Shown here in pieces: positions 12,277 through 25,059 of a stretch of 64,000 nucleotides of DNA. The stretch is from Somniosus microcephalus (taxonomy: Eukaryota), in the NCBI GenBank assembly GCA_052327205.1, contig CM126204.1, forward strand, positions 341,744,001 through 341,808,000, read 5' to 3'. The position numbers and the translations under genes are program-made. Numbering within the stretch: the first letter of the stretch is position 1; the number at the start of each line of letters is the position of its first letter. The notes under the pieces are model-generated. The model searched no databases and was not told the DNA's origin. It saw nothing but the letters and a program-made list of their open reading frames with translations.

Positions 12277-15200
12277 ATAGAGTCATAGAGTTATACAGCA
12301 CAGAAAGAAGCCCTTCGACCCATCATGTCCGCGCCGGCCATCAAGTCCCGTCTATTCTAATCCCATTTTCCAGCACTTTGTCCGTAGCCTTGTATGCTAT
12401 GGCGTTTCAAGTGCACATCTATATGCCTCTTGAATGTTGTGAGGGTTCCTGCCTCTACCACCCTTTCAGGCAGTGAGTTCCAGATTCCAACCACCCTCTG
12501 GGTGAAAAAGTTTTTCTTCAAATACCCTCTAAACCTCCTGCCCCTTGAAACTATGCCCCCTGGTTATTGACCCCTCTACTAAGGGGAAATGTTCCTTTCT
12601 ATCTACCCTATCTATGCCCCTCATAATTTTGTACACCTCAATCAGGTCCCCTCTCAGCCTTCTCTGCTCTAAGGAAAACAACCCTAGCCTGTCCAGTCTC
12701 TCTTCATAGCTGAAGCGCTCCAGCCCAGGTAGCATCCTGGTGAATCTCCTCTGCACCCTCTCCAAAGCAATCACATCCTTCCTATAGTGTGGCGACCAGA
12801 ACTGCACACAGTATTCCAGCTGTGGCATAACTAGCGTTTTGTACAGCTCCATCATAACCTCCCTGCTCTTATATTTTATGCCTCGGCTAATGAAGGCAAG
12901 TATCCCATATGCCTTTTTAACCATCTTATCTACCTGTCCTGCTGCCTTCAGGGATCTATGTACATACACACCAAGGTCCCTCTGATCCTCTGTCATTCCT
13001 AGGGTCCTACCATTCATTGTGTATTCCCTTGCCTTGTTAGTCCTCCCAAAATGCATCACCTCACACTTTTCAGGGTTAAATTCCATTTGCCACTGTTCTG
13101 CCCATCTAACCAACCCATCTATATCATCCTGTAGCCTGAGGCCTCCCTCCTCGCTATTTATCACTCCACCAATTTTTGTGTCATCTGCGAACTTACTGAT
13201 CATACCTCCTACATTCATATCTAAATCATTAAAGTACACTACAATCAGCAACGGACCCAGCAGTGATTCCTGCGGTACACCACTGGACACAGGCTTCCAG
13301 TCACAAAAACAACCTTCGACCATCACCCTCTGCCTCCTGCCACTAAGCCACTTTTGGATCCAATGTGCCAAATTGCCCTGGATCCCATGGGCTCTTACCT
13401 TCTTGATCAGTCTCTGATGTGGGACTTTGTCAAAAGCCTTACTGAAGTCCACGTTGACTACATCAACTGCACTACCCTCATCCACACTTAGTCACCCCCT
13501 TGAAAAATTCAATCAAATTGGTTAGACATGATCTCCCCCTGACAAAGCCATGCTGACTATCCTTGATTAATCCTTGCCTCTCCAAGTGGAGACTAATTCT
13601 GTCCCTCAGAATGTTTCCAATAATTTCCCTACCACTGATGTTAGGCTCACTGGCCTGTAATTCCCTGGTTTATCCCTACTACCCTTCTTGAATAATGGTA
13701 CTAGGTTAGCTGTCCTCCAGTCCTCTGGCACCTCCCCTGTGGCCAGAGATGTTCTGAAAATTTGTGTCAGAGCCCCTGCAATCTCCTCCCTTGCCTCACA
13801 CAGCAGCCTGGGATACATCTCGTCTGGGCTTGGGGATTTATCCACCTTTAAGCCTGCTAAAACTGCTAGTACCTCCTCCCTCTCAATACTAATTTGTTCA
13901 AGTATACCACAATCCCCCTGCCTGATTTCTATGCCTACATCGTCCTTCTCCATAGCGAACACAGATGCAAAATATTCATTTAAAACCTCACCCACATCTT
14001 CCGGCTCTACTCACAGATTGCCACTTTGGTCCCTAATGGGCCCTACTCTTTCCCTGGTTATCCTCTTGCCCTTAATATACCTATAAAACACCTTGGGATT
14101 TTCCTTTATTTTGCCCGCCAGTGGTTTTTTCATGCCCCCTTTTCGCTCTCCTAATTTCTTTTTTAAGTACCCCCCTGCACTATCTATACTCCTCTTGGGC
14201 TTCCGCTGTTTTTAGTCCTTTGTATCTGCCAAAAGCCTCCCTTTTTTTCCTAATCCATTCTTGTATATCCCTTGACATCCAGGGTTCCCTGGGCTTGTTG
14301 GTCCCAGCCTTGACCTTTACTGGAACATGTTGGCGTTGTACTCTCTCTATTCCCTTTCTGAAAGACTCCCGCTGCTCTGATGTGGATTTTACTACAAGTA
14401 GGTGATCCCAGTCCACTTTGGCCAGATCCTGCCTTATCATTATAAAATCGGCCTTCCCCCAATTTAGAACCTTTATTTCTGGTCCATCTTTGTCCTTTTC
14501 CATGACTACCTTAAATCTCACCGAATTATGGTTACTGTCACCAAAATGCTCTCCTACTGACACTTCTACCACATGCCCGGCTACATTCCCGAGAATTAGG
14601 TCCCTTGTAGTCTCTTGTAGGATTTTCTACATGCTGGCTCAAAAAGCTCTCCTGGATGCACTTTAAGAATTCCGCACCCTCTAAGCCTTTCACACTCTGA
14701 CTATCCCAATTAATACTGGGGAAGTTGAAATCCCCTACTATTATTACCCTATTATTTCGGCACTTCTCTGAGATTTGCCTACATATCTGTTCCTCTATCT
14801 CCCCCTGACTGTTTGGGGGCCTATAGTACACTCCCAGCAAAGTGCTTGCCCCCTTTTTGTTTTTAAGTTCTACCCATATGGCCTCATTAGAGGAGCCTGC
14901 TAAGACATCATCCCTCCTTACAGCTTTGTGATATCCGGAGCCGACGGGACCGAGCTGTTGCTGATCTATCAAAACTGCTGGACATACAAAGTTAACGTTG
15001 AAGCATACGGAGGTTTTCATCTCCGTATCTGACAACAAACACTGTTGCTTAGCAACAGCTTCTAAACAGTCGGCTGCAGCTGCAAGCGTCTCTAGCTGAA
15101 GCTGTTACTACAGCTACAGACCTTGCAGTGCCTGACTGGGAAAAAAAAGCAATGAGAACTAAAAAAACTTATAGAAAATGGCTCCTGATTTTTGCCGTCA

Positions 15201-17040
15201 GATCGAGTATTCCGGACATATAACCTCCGGATAAACCAAAGTTTCCTGTAATTGACTCCTTGATTAATATTGCGACACCCCCTCCTCTTTTACATCCCCC
15301 TCTGTCTCGCCTGAAGATTCTATACCCCGGAATATTGAGCTGCCAGTCCTGCCCCTCCCTCAGCCATGTCTCTGTGATAGCAACAATATCATACTCCCAT
15401 GTGTTCATCAACACCTGCAATTTGCCTTACTCGCAAGACTCCTTGCATTAAAATAAATGCCATCCAGCCTTGCCATACTCCCTTGTGTCATTACATATTT
15501 GCTCTGCCTTCCAGGCTGACTTGTTTTTTCCTCTATATTTGGCTGTGCATCACCCCCTACTATAGCTCCACTCCATATCCCATCCCCCTGCCAAGTTAGT
15601 TTAAAGCCCCCCACCACTCCCAACTGTACTAGCAAACCTCCCCGCAAGGATGTTGGTCCCGTTCTGGTTCAGGTGCAACCCGTCCGACTTGTACAGGTCC
15701 CACCTTCCCCAGAAGCAGACCCAGTGATCCAGGAAACTAAAGCCCTCCCTCCTGCACCAACTCTTATGCCACACATTCATCTGCTCTATCCTCCTATTCC
15801 TATACTCACTAGCATGTGGCACCGGGAGTAATCCAGCGATTACAACCTTTGAGGTCCTGCTTTTTAATCCGCTACCTAGCTCCCTAAATTCTTGGTGCAG
15901 GACCTCATCCCTCTTTCTACCCATGTCGTTGGTACCAATGTGAACCACAACCTCTGACTGTTCACCCTCCCCCTTCAGAATGCCCTGCAGCCATTCAGTG
16001 ACATCCTTGACCCTGGCACCAGGGAGGCAACATACCATCCTGGAGTCACGTCTGCAGCCACAGAAACATCTATCTGTTCCCCTTACGATAGAATCCCCTA
16101 TCACTATTGCTCTCCCACTCTTTTTCTTCTGTCCTGTGCAGCTAAGCCACTCATAGTGCCATGGGCTTGGCTCTTGCTGCATTCCCCTAAGAAACCATCT
16201 CCCCCATCAGTATCCGAAACAGAAAACCTGTTGGAGAGGGAGATGGACCCAGGGGACTCCTGCACTACCTTCCTAGTTCTTTTAATCTGTCTGGTGGTCA
16301 CCCATTTCCTGTCTGCCTGCACACTCTTTACCTGCGGTATGACCACCTTGTTAAACGTGCTATCCACGAAGATCTCAACTTTGCGGATGCTCCACAGTGA
16401 CTCCAGCTGCAGCTCCAGCTCCAAAACGTGGATTTTGAGTAGCTGCAGCTGCAGAGGCTTCCTGCACATGTGTTTGCCCTGGACACCGAAAGTGTCCCTG
16501 AATTCCCACATAGCACAGGAGGAGCACTCCACGGTGCCGAGCTGCCATGCCATGTCCTACCCTTAATTTACTCCCTTTAAATAAAAGAATATAAATACAC
16601 TAGGGACCTTACTTCCCTTTAAACACTACTTACTCTAAACTAGAGACCTTACTTTTACTTTAACGACTGGACTGTAGAAATACTCACCAGGTCTTACTTA
16701 CCAATCAGCTCCTTCCCTGGTTATGATGTCACTTTAGCGGTTTCGCAGTTCTTGTTGTTTGACTGCTCCCGCTCTCGGACTCTTTCCTTGGTGTAAAGTA
16801 AGAATCAATTCCCAACTTGCAGCAATCTGTTTAAACCCCACTTTTATTTTTCTCCAGATGTGGTCGGGGGGGGTGTCACAGAGCTGAACTCCTGCTTGTT
16901 CTCTGTCCCCTCTTGTGCAGCTTTTTAGCTCCTGCTCTCCTGGAAGCTGACAAAGATAGAAAAAGAAAGGAACACTTCCCTCGCCGAACTCCCTCACTCA
17001 CCAAACTCGCAGCTTAACACTCTGTTCCAATCTGCACTCT
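12277..17040 (-). mobile_element. Near full-length CR1 LINE (ORF1 zinc-finger/esterase, ORF2 APE-RT), degenerate
   Basis: ORFs 16104-16553 (CSSC..CRK), 15601-16182 (GDS, HIGTND), 15169-15420 and 14538-15038 (APE), 13606-13995 and 12529-13485 (RT); tail atagagtcatagag at 12277. Confidence 0.95.
14925..15246. mobile_element. Small TIR element (MITE) inserted in the CR1 APE domain
   Basis: ctttg...tatccggag / ctccggata...caaag inverted termini interrupt otherwise contiguous CR1 sequence. Confidence 0.6.
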
Positions 17041-17964
17041 GAGGCATTGGGACCGATTCTGGGGAAGGTGGGACCTGTACAAGCTGGACGGGTTACACCT
17101 CGGCAGAAACGGGACCAACATCCTCGCAGGGGGGTTTGCTAGTGCTGTTGGGAAGGATTTAAACTAGTTTGTCAGGGGGCTGGGAACCTAAGTGTGGGCC
17201 CAGAATGGAGAGAAACAAAGCTGGAAGTGCAAGTTAGAAAAGTAGTCAGCAAAACTAGTAGGGAGCAGAAACAAAGGCCAGCAGTAAAGAGGGTCAAAGT
17301 GCAGAAAAATATTAAACAGGCAAAGTTGAAGGCACTTTATCTAAATGCACGTAGCATTCGCAACAAGGTGGATGAATTAATGGCACAAATAGAAGTAAAT
17401 GGGTATGATGTCATTGCCATTACAGAGACATGGGGCAGGATTTTCATTGGGCCGTGGAGGCGGGATTGGAGGCGTGTGGGGGTTAAAATTGCAAAAACTG
17501 GCAGGATCAACCCCGCCTCCATCTCGCCTCCAAGCAATTTTCATTAATTCATGTCTAATGGTCCGGTCTCCGTCCCGCCTCCAAGCCATTTAGTGCTTGT
17601 TAAGGCCCTTAACAAGCACTAAATGGCCTCTATAATGCCATTTTGAAAGGCCTTTGCGATTTTAACCTTTTCCTCACGTGAAACACACCTGTTCTGAAAC
17701 ACGATGGTGAAACCTGGCAGGAGCACAATTGGATTGCTGACTATCAGCTGCAGCTCAACCATTAAAGAGGAGATTTGATCAGCCATCATTTGCAGGTGGC
17801 AGGACTTTGTAGTCTCAGGTCTGGGGGAACTTTTAGAAGGCATAACCACAGCTGTGGAAGTTTGGAGCCTGACACCCAACTCCAGTGTGACCTCCTGGGA
17901 AACCCCTCTCGCCACCTTCACTGAGTGCTTCCTCAACTGAGGCATATACCAGAAGCATGGGAAC

Positions 17965-18193
17965 TGACATAAGAAAACTACTAGGCACTTGGTCTAAGTA
18001 TTAAACAAGGCTTTAATCAACTGTTTTTCAACATGGAGATCTAGTTGTGTCCTTCACTAGTTCCTGTTAAAGAATGTCCTGAGCAAGCTGGGCCCATGCC
18101 CGAGTATATATACTCTCCCTGGACAGCGCCACCAGCAGGCCACCCAGTATCATTTCATAAGTCATTTCCACATGAATGACAAGATTCATGTCA
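17965..18193. mobile_element. Solo LTR (229 bp)
   Basis: TGACAT...ATGTCA termini; 5-bp TSD GGAAC (17960-64, 18194-98). Confidence 0.8.
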
Positions 18194-18674
18194 GGAACCA
18201 TTTATTTCCTTTCCTCCTGGACATCAGATGAGGACAAAGACCAGCCGTGGCAGACACAGAACCATGAGCAACAGCAGCACCAACAGCAGCAGCAACAGCA
18301 GGAGCGCCAAGCTGCTGCTCACCCACCTGAAGCTGCACAGGCCTGAAGGCGCCAGCACGCGACCACATTGCTGCCCGGGGTGCAAGGAACGCACTCATCT
18401 TGACCAGATTTGCTTAGCCTAGCCAATCAAGCACTTTTGCCGCGCAGCTTCTTACCTGAGCATCGACAATGGCCAAGGACCAGTGGATTCCTAGCAATTT
18501 GACCACCATACTGACAATTGCAAGAAATCCTAAGCCCTCAATGTGAAAGTTCCACTCGTGAAATGACACATGCCACAACTACAGCAGTAGCCATCAGATT
18601 TTTTATTTACATTATTCATTTGATGGCTTTTTCACAGAAAACATCAAATTTCACCCAAGTGACTACCCTTGTGA

Positions 18675-20598
18675 CTATTTGTGCAGTATCTTTCTCTTAC
18701 GCGTGCTCCTACGTGGTGCTGCCCCTGTGGCTTCAGCAGATGTGGAGGCCCCTTGCTCATTTTCCTGCTGCTCCTGTCTCGACACCTTTGGCGGGCGTCC
18801 TCTGGGGTGGTGAACCTGTGAGGGCTCGTCAAAAGTCTGCTGCTCCTGTGGCTGTGCAGGGGTTGAGATGCTGATCTCAGTTGGGTGTGGACTCTGGTGG
18901 GGCTCTGACCGAGGGCTCTGTAGTGGCATGAAAGTGTGAGCCACTTGGAGAGGAGCCCCACTTCCTTTATGTCTGCCACCAACTTCCCTCTCATGGGTCA
19001 GGTCCCCCTCAGCGCTTGCAAGTGGCTTAAGAGCACCTTGCTGCACATCAGGGGGGCCATGGGGACCCGTATCTGCACTGGCAGTCCTATTCAGAAGGAC
19101 TTCCATGAAGGTCTGTTTTCTCTGTTCAATAGATGACCATCGCTCCTCCAGAGATGTCATTCTATTCTGAACACTCACCATGTTTTCTGCACTCTGGTGA
19201 CTTATCACCTCCATGGAGGTTGCCATCCTTTCGATGGTGATGCGTTCATGCGCCAATGACTCCACAAAGGCTCTGCTCATGTTCGCTATGGACTCCTCCA
19301 TTCGCTCCACTCTCGCAGCGACCCTGGAGACAAAACCTGCCAGAGACTCCTGCATCTGTTCCTGGAGTTCCAGCACCGCTGATCTTATGGATGGACCCAG
19401 AGGCAGAGGGTCGACATGCAGCTGAGCCGAGCTGGCAGAGTCCTGCGCCCTCCGACTAGGACTCTCCACTGCTGTCCCTGTCTCCACAATCTGCTGATGC
19501 TCACTTGTGAGCTGTGATACACCAGGTGACAACACTACTCTATGTCCCGAAGGTCCCACCGAGGTGTGAGTGTCTGCGCTGGTGCTGGGTGCACTGAATT
19601 CTGCTGACGCTGCGCCCTCAGAGGTTGCAGCTTCCTCTGAGGAGTCTTGAATCTCAGGCTCTTCCTCCTGGCTAGTGTGGATGGGTGCTTGCGATGGTCC
19701 TGTGGGGGAGTAAAGGAAAGAGTCAGAGATGTGATGCCAAGGTTACATGCACATTGCATATTCCAGATGATCATTAGTCCATTTGTTAGAGCTTCAGAAT
19801 CATTATCAGCGACTCATGCAATGTCAATGAGAGAGATGGAAAACTATTCTGTCACCAGCTTGCTGTGATGCACCCCTCTGTCCGTTCCCCACTTGCGCAT
19901 CTTTCTCCACTCCTACGATCTCCAGGACTGCCTCCTCCCAGGGGGTGAGGTGGGCTACTGAGGGTGGCCCTCCGCCTGTCCTCGCTCTTTCTCGCTTATT
20001 GTGAGCTCTCTTTTCCTGCAATGAGGGAGACAAGTGGAGGTTGAGTGAGAATGAAGGAGTGAGTGTAGAGATTCCATAGCATAGACATTTAGAAGGAGGC
20101 AAAGATGGAGTGAGGTGGCAAGACCAAGGGCTCTCCCTTTGTGTTGTCAGTTGTTTTCATAGCATCACAGTGATAGGGAGTGTGAGGGCTGCATAGTCGA
20201 ATAGTTAGGTGAATGTGACCATAGAGAGAGAGGGAATGGGTAAGGGTGCATGGATGTCAGTGTCAAGTGGGATGTGGAGGAAGAGATTGCTAAAGCTGAG
20301 TGCTGCTGAGGAAAGACAATTGGGATCAGATTGAGGGTGATGGGAAATTCATACTCACTTTTCCAGTGCGCAGAAGCTTATGAAATATCTTCCTGCACTG
20401 AATCCACATTCTGCGGGTTACTGATAAGGAGTTGACCTCCTCTGCCACTTGCAGCCACACAGCCTTGGTCTGCTGGGGAGGCTTCTTCCTCCCAGAAGAA
20501 GAGAAGAGCACCTCTTTATGAGCTCTTGCTCCCTCAACTAAAGCCTGCAGGGCAATGTCGTCAAATCGTGGAGCAGACCTAGGTCTTTCACTGGCCAT
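18675..20598 (-). CDS. Harbinger Myb/SANT-like DNA-binding protein, 3 exons (20598-20359, 20015-19856, 19699-18675), 474 aa
   Basis: MASERPRSAPRF...W..VAEEVN...W.QCRK.F / EKRAHNKRERARTGGGPP; GT-AG junctions; 240+160+1025=1425 nt open frame; C-terminal basic RKRK; AATAAA at ~18602 on minus strand. Confidence 0.82.
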
Positions 20599-23366
20599 TC
20601 TTCCTCCAGGTCCCTGTAGCATGAAAGGCCAAAAGGTTGGCAGTCTGCAGAAGAAGCAAGGCTTGTTGCAGACCTTAAATGCAGTAGCAATGATGTCATC
20701 ATCGGAGGCGACTTTCAGACAGGAAAAACTCATTTGCCATGGTTTCCCACACGTTGGAACTCAATTGGCCAATTAAGTTAAAATCGCATCAATCTCTCAC
20801 ATCGATTTAGATTCAGGTGGATAACACAAAATGCGGATTACACGACCCCAGCCCGCCCCTGAATTAAAATCCAGCCCATGGTTGCAGGGTAACCAAAGCT
20901 GGGAACTGAATGTTCCAGGGTTCTCAACATTTAGGAAGGACAGACAAAAAGTAAAAGGAGGTGGCATAGCGCTGTTAATAAGGGATGAGATCGGTACGGT
21001 AGAGAGAAAAGATCTTGGCTGGACAGATCGTGAGGTAGAACTGGAATCAGTTTGGGTGGAGCTAAGAAACAGCAAAGGGCGGAAAACATTGTTGGGAGTT
21101 GTGTATAGGCCACCAAACTGTAATGGTAATGTAGGGCACAGTATCAATCAAGAGATTAGAAGTGCATGTAACAAGGGCAATACGGTAATCATAGGGGACT
21201 TTAATCTACATATTGCCTGGGCAAATCAAATTACCACTAATGGTGTGGAGGACGAATTCTTGGAATGCATGCGAAATGGTTTCCTGGATCAGTATGTGGA
21301 GGAACCAACCTGGGAACAGGCTATTCTGGATCTGGTACTGTGTAATGAGAAAGGGCTAATCAATAATCCTATGGTAAAGGGGCCTTTAGGGACAAGTGAC
21401 CATAATATGATTGAATTTTACATTAAGTTTGAGAGTGATGTAGTCCAATTTGAAACGACGGTCTTCAATCTAAACAGAGGAAACTACAAGGGTATGAGGG
21501 ACAATTTGGCCAATGGTAGATTGGGAGACTACACTAAAAGCTAGTATTAAGTCAAAGGAGGAAGCTTATAAAGTTGCCAGAAAAAGCGGTCAGCCTGAGG
21601 ATTGAGATCTTTTTAGAAATCAGCAAAGGGGGAACCAAGAAATTGATAAAGAAAGGGAAAATGGAATATAAAAATGGATTGTAAAAGCTTCTATAAGTAT
21701 GTGAACAGGAAAAGACTGGTGAAGGTAAATGTAGATCCTTTACAGTCAGAGATGGGAGAATTTATAATGGGGAATGAGGAAATGGCAGATAAATTAAATA
21801 AATACTTTGCTCCTGTCTTCACGGAGGAAGACACAAAAAAACTCTCAGAAATACGAGAAAACCAAGGGTGTGATGAGAATGAGGAACTTAAAGAAATTAT
21901 TATTAGTAAAAAAACAGTTCTAGCAAAATTAATGGGATGAAAAGTCGATAAATCCCAAGGACTGGATGACCTACATCCTAGGGTTTTGAAAGAGGTGGCC
22001 ATTGGAATAGTGGACACATTGGTTGTCATCTTCCAAAATTCTATAGATTCTGGAACGGTTCCTGCAGATTGGAGGATAGCAAATGTAACCCCGCTATTTA
22101 AGAAAGGAGGAAGAGAGAAAACAGGGAACTACACACCTGTTAGCCTCACATCAGTAGTTGGGAAAATGCTGGAATTTATTATAAAGGATGCAATATCTGG
22201 GCACTTAGAAACGAATAGTAATGTTGGGCAGAGTCATCATGGATTTATGAAAGGGAAACCCTGTTTGACAAACCTATTGGAGTTCTTTGAAGATGTAACT
22301 AGTGGAGTAGACACTGGATTTTCAGAAGGCCTTCGATAAGGTCCCACACAAAAGGTTGGTGAACAAAATTAGGGCACATGGAATTGGGGGTAATATACTA
22401 GCATGGATTGAGAATTGGTTAACAGACAGTAAACAAAGAGTAGGGATAAACGGGGTTTTTTCAGGATGGCAGGCTGTGACTAGTGGGGTACCGCAAGGAT
22501 CGGTGCTTGGGTCCCAGCTATTCACAATCTATATCAATGATTTGGATGAGGGGACTAAATGTAACATTTCCAAATTTGCTGATGATACAAAGCTAGGTGG
22601 CAGTGTCAGTTGTGAAGAGGATGTGAACAGACTTCAAGGGGATCTCGACAGTCTCAGTGAGTGGGCGAGAACATGGCAGATGGAATATAATGTGGATAAA
22701 TGTGAAGTTATCCACTTTGGTAGAAAAAACAAAAAGGCAGAGTATTTCCTAAATGGTGAAAGATTGGGGAATGCAGATGCTCAAAGGGACCTGGGTGTCC
22801 TTGTACATGAGTCACTGAAAGTGAATGTGCAGGTGCAGCAAGCCATTAGGAAGGCAAATGGTATGCTGGCCTTCATTACAAGAGGATTTGAGTACAGGAG
22901 TAAAGAAGTCTTACTCCAATTATATAGGGCCTTGGTGAGATCACACCTGGAGTACTGTGTACAATTTTGGTCTCCTTACCTAAGGAAGGATATACTTGCC
23001 ATAGAGGGAGTGCAACAAAGGTTCACGAGATTGATTCCTGGGATGGTGGGACTGTCGTATGAGAAGAGATTGTGTAAACTAGGCCTGTATTCCCTTGAAT
23101 TCAGAAGAATGAGAGGGGATCTCATTGAAGCATACAAAATTATTACAGGGCTTGATAGGGTGGATGCTGGGAGAATGTTTCCCTTGGCTGGAGAGTCTAG
23201 AACCAGGGGCCACAGCCTCAAGATAAAGGGTTGTCCAGTCAGGACTGAGATGAGAAGAAATTTCTTCACACAGAGGGTGGTGAATCTTTGGAATTCTCTA
23301 CCCCAGAGGGCTGTGGAGGCTCAGCCATTAAGCATATTCAAAACAGAAGTCGATAGATTTGACTAG

Positions 23367-25059
23367 TGTAGGATTCGCAAAATTGAACATTGTCTTATAA
23401 GGGTCTATTGGCAGAAAAGGCCTTAATTTTAAAGACTGTTTTAAAAGAAGCCCAGAAAAAGGGGCACACAAAATGGCCACCAGACCCCGTGACCAGCTTT
23501 TTGGGACATTTTAAAATGGTTCCTGCAGTCCACAGACAGCTTTTGTGGATTCAGCCCACAGTAAGTTCTGGAATGCAATTTCGGAGAATGCGAAACCAGA
23601 TAGAACCCCATACAGCACGGTGGCATAGTGGTTAGCACTGTTGCCTCACAGCACCAGGGACCCGGGTTCGAATCCGGCCTCGGGCGACTGTCTGTGTGGA
23701 GTTTGCACATTCTCCCCGTGTTTGCATGGGTTTACTCCGGGTGCTCCGGTTTCCTCCCACAGTCCAAAGATGTGCAGGTTAGGTTGATTGGCTATGATAA
23801 ATTGACCCTTAGTGTTAGGGGGATTAAATACGTGGGGTTACGGGGATAGGGTGGGATATGTGTAGGGGTTACGGGGATCGGGTGGGATATGTGTTGGTGC
23901 AGGCTCGATGGGCCGAAATGGCCTCTATCTGCACTGTGGGGTTTAAAAAAAAAAAACATATGGATTGGATGCAGATCCAATCAGATCAGCCTGTAGATAA
24001 AGGCCATCAAAATGTTTACCCAGACAAAGGGAAACAGCTTCAAATTCAAAGGGGAACATCAAGACCCATTAAAGACAATACAAGGTCATTCCAGACCAGA
24101 GATGGCAGTTACCGGCCATCCCGAAAGTAATTTAAACACAATGACTACCCCTCTGTGCTACAAGCCCGCCAAAAGTTAAACAAAGACTAACCTTGATATG
24201 GCGGGAGATAAGGGCCTCGATGAGAAGTATAATTGGAGACCCGGGGTAGCTATCAAAAAAAAAAGTTCGAGTTGAGACGATCGAGTAGAGGATCGGGTTC
24301 AGACGATCGAGGATTGAGTTCGAGTTCGGAGAGAAGTTGGAGAGAGAGGTTCGAGAGGGAAGATCGAGTCAGCACCCAGACCCGGGGTAGCTATCGGGAG
24401 ATCATCGACAAACCCCGGGCCATTTGACGAAACGAAAAGACGGCGACCCTCCAAGAAGAAGTCTATATGAAAATGGTCAAACAGTTGGTCTCTCTCCCCG
24501 CTGACGTCCAGGCCTGCTAACATCCAGCCTGTCCGAGTCCATTACCTCGAGGGAAGAAGGAGTGTGTCAGCCCGCTGCGTTCCGCTGACCACGTGGAGAC
24601 AGGACACCTGAGAGGACCAAAACGCAGACTTCAAAACCTCTATTTTCTAACTGGGACTGGTGAGCATGTTTCTGGCCCCTCATAATCTAATCTAGCTAGG
24701 TTTAGGGGGGTGGGCATTTTAGGGGGTAATGTCCCTCGATGTTCCGTGTGTTTCCCTATTTCATGGTGAACCTTGTAAAGTATAATATGCCTGTGGATAT
24801 ATTGGTTAGTACTGTATTATGATTTTGTTTTTCCCTCCCATGTACCTTATTTTGGCTTACATTCAATTTTTCCTTTATGCAATAAAATTTCACTTTGTTT
24901 CATTAAACTTGGTCTACAGAGTATTCTCTGCATTGTAGTTCCTGCCTCAAAGTCCAGTGTACAGAACCTAAGGGGTGAGTGGGTCGAACCACTCGGTAAA
25001 TTACTGTGCAAAAGAGAGAGGTCTCACCAGAGAGAGAGACCAAGAGAAAACCCCTTACA
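23367..25059 (+). mobile_element. Long solo LTR (~1.35 kb excluding the SINE) inserted in the CR1 3' end
   Basis: TGTAGG...CCTTACA termini; 4-bp TSD CTAG (23363-66, 25060-63); AATAAA at 24881. Confidence 0.78.
23613..23945 (+). mobile_element. HE1-like V-SINE (tRNA-derived)
   Basis: A box tggcatagtgg, B box ggttcgaatcc, V-domain gtgtggagtttgcacattctcccc...ccggtttcctcccacagtccaaaga. Confidence 0.9.

Larger units (their letters stand above)
17433..20877. mobile_element. Non-autonomous PIF/Harbinger DNA transposon
   Basis: TIRs gggcaggatttt / aaaatccagccc; 3-bp TSD ATG (17430-32, 20878-80) splitting CR1 codons; contains a Myb/SANT gene and only an apparent C-terminal transposase remnant (~18230-18417, GARNALILTRFA*). 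Confidence 0.88.

Noticed and set aside
23613-23690. tRNA-like A/B boxes
   Set aside because: Head of a tRNA-derived SINE, not a tRNA gene.
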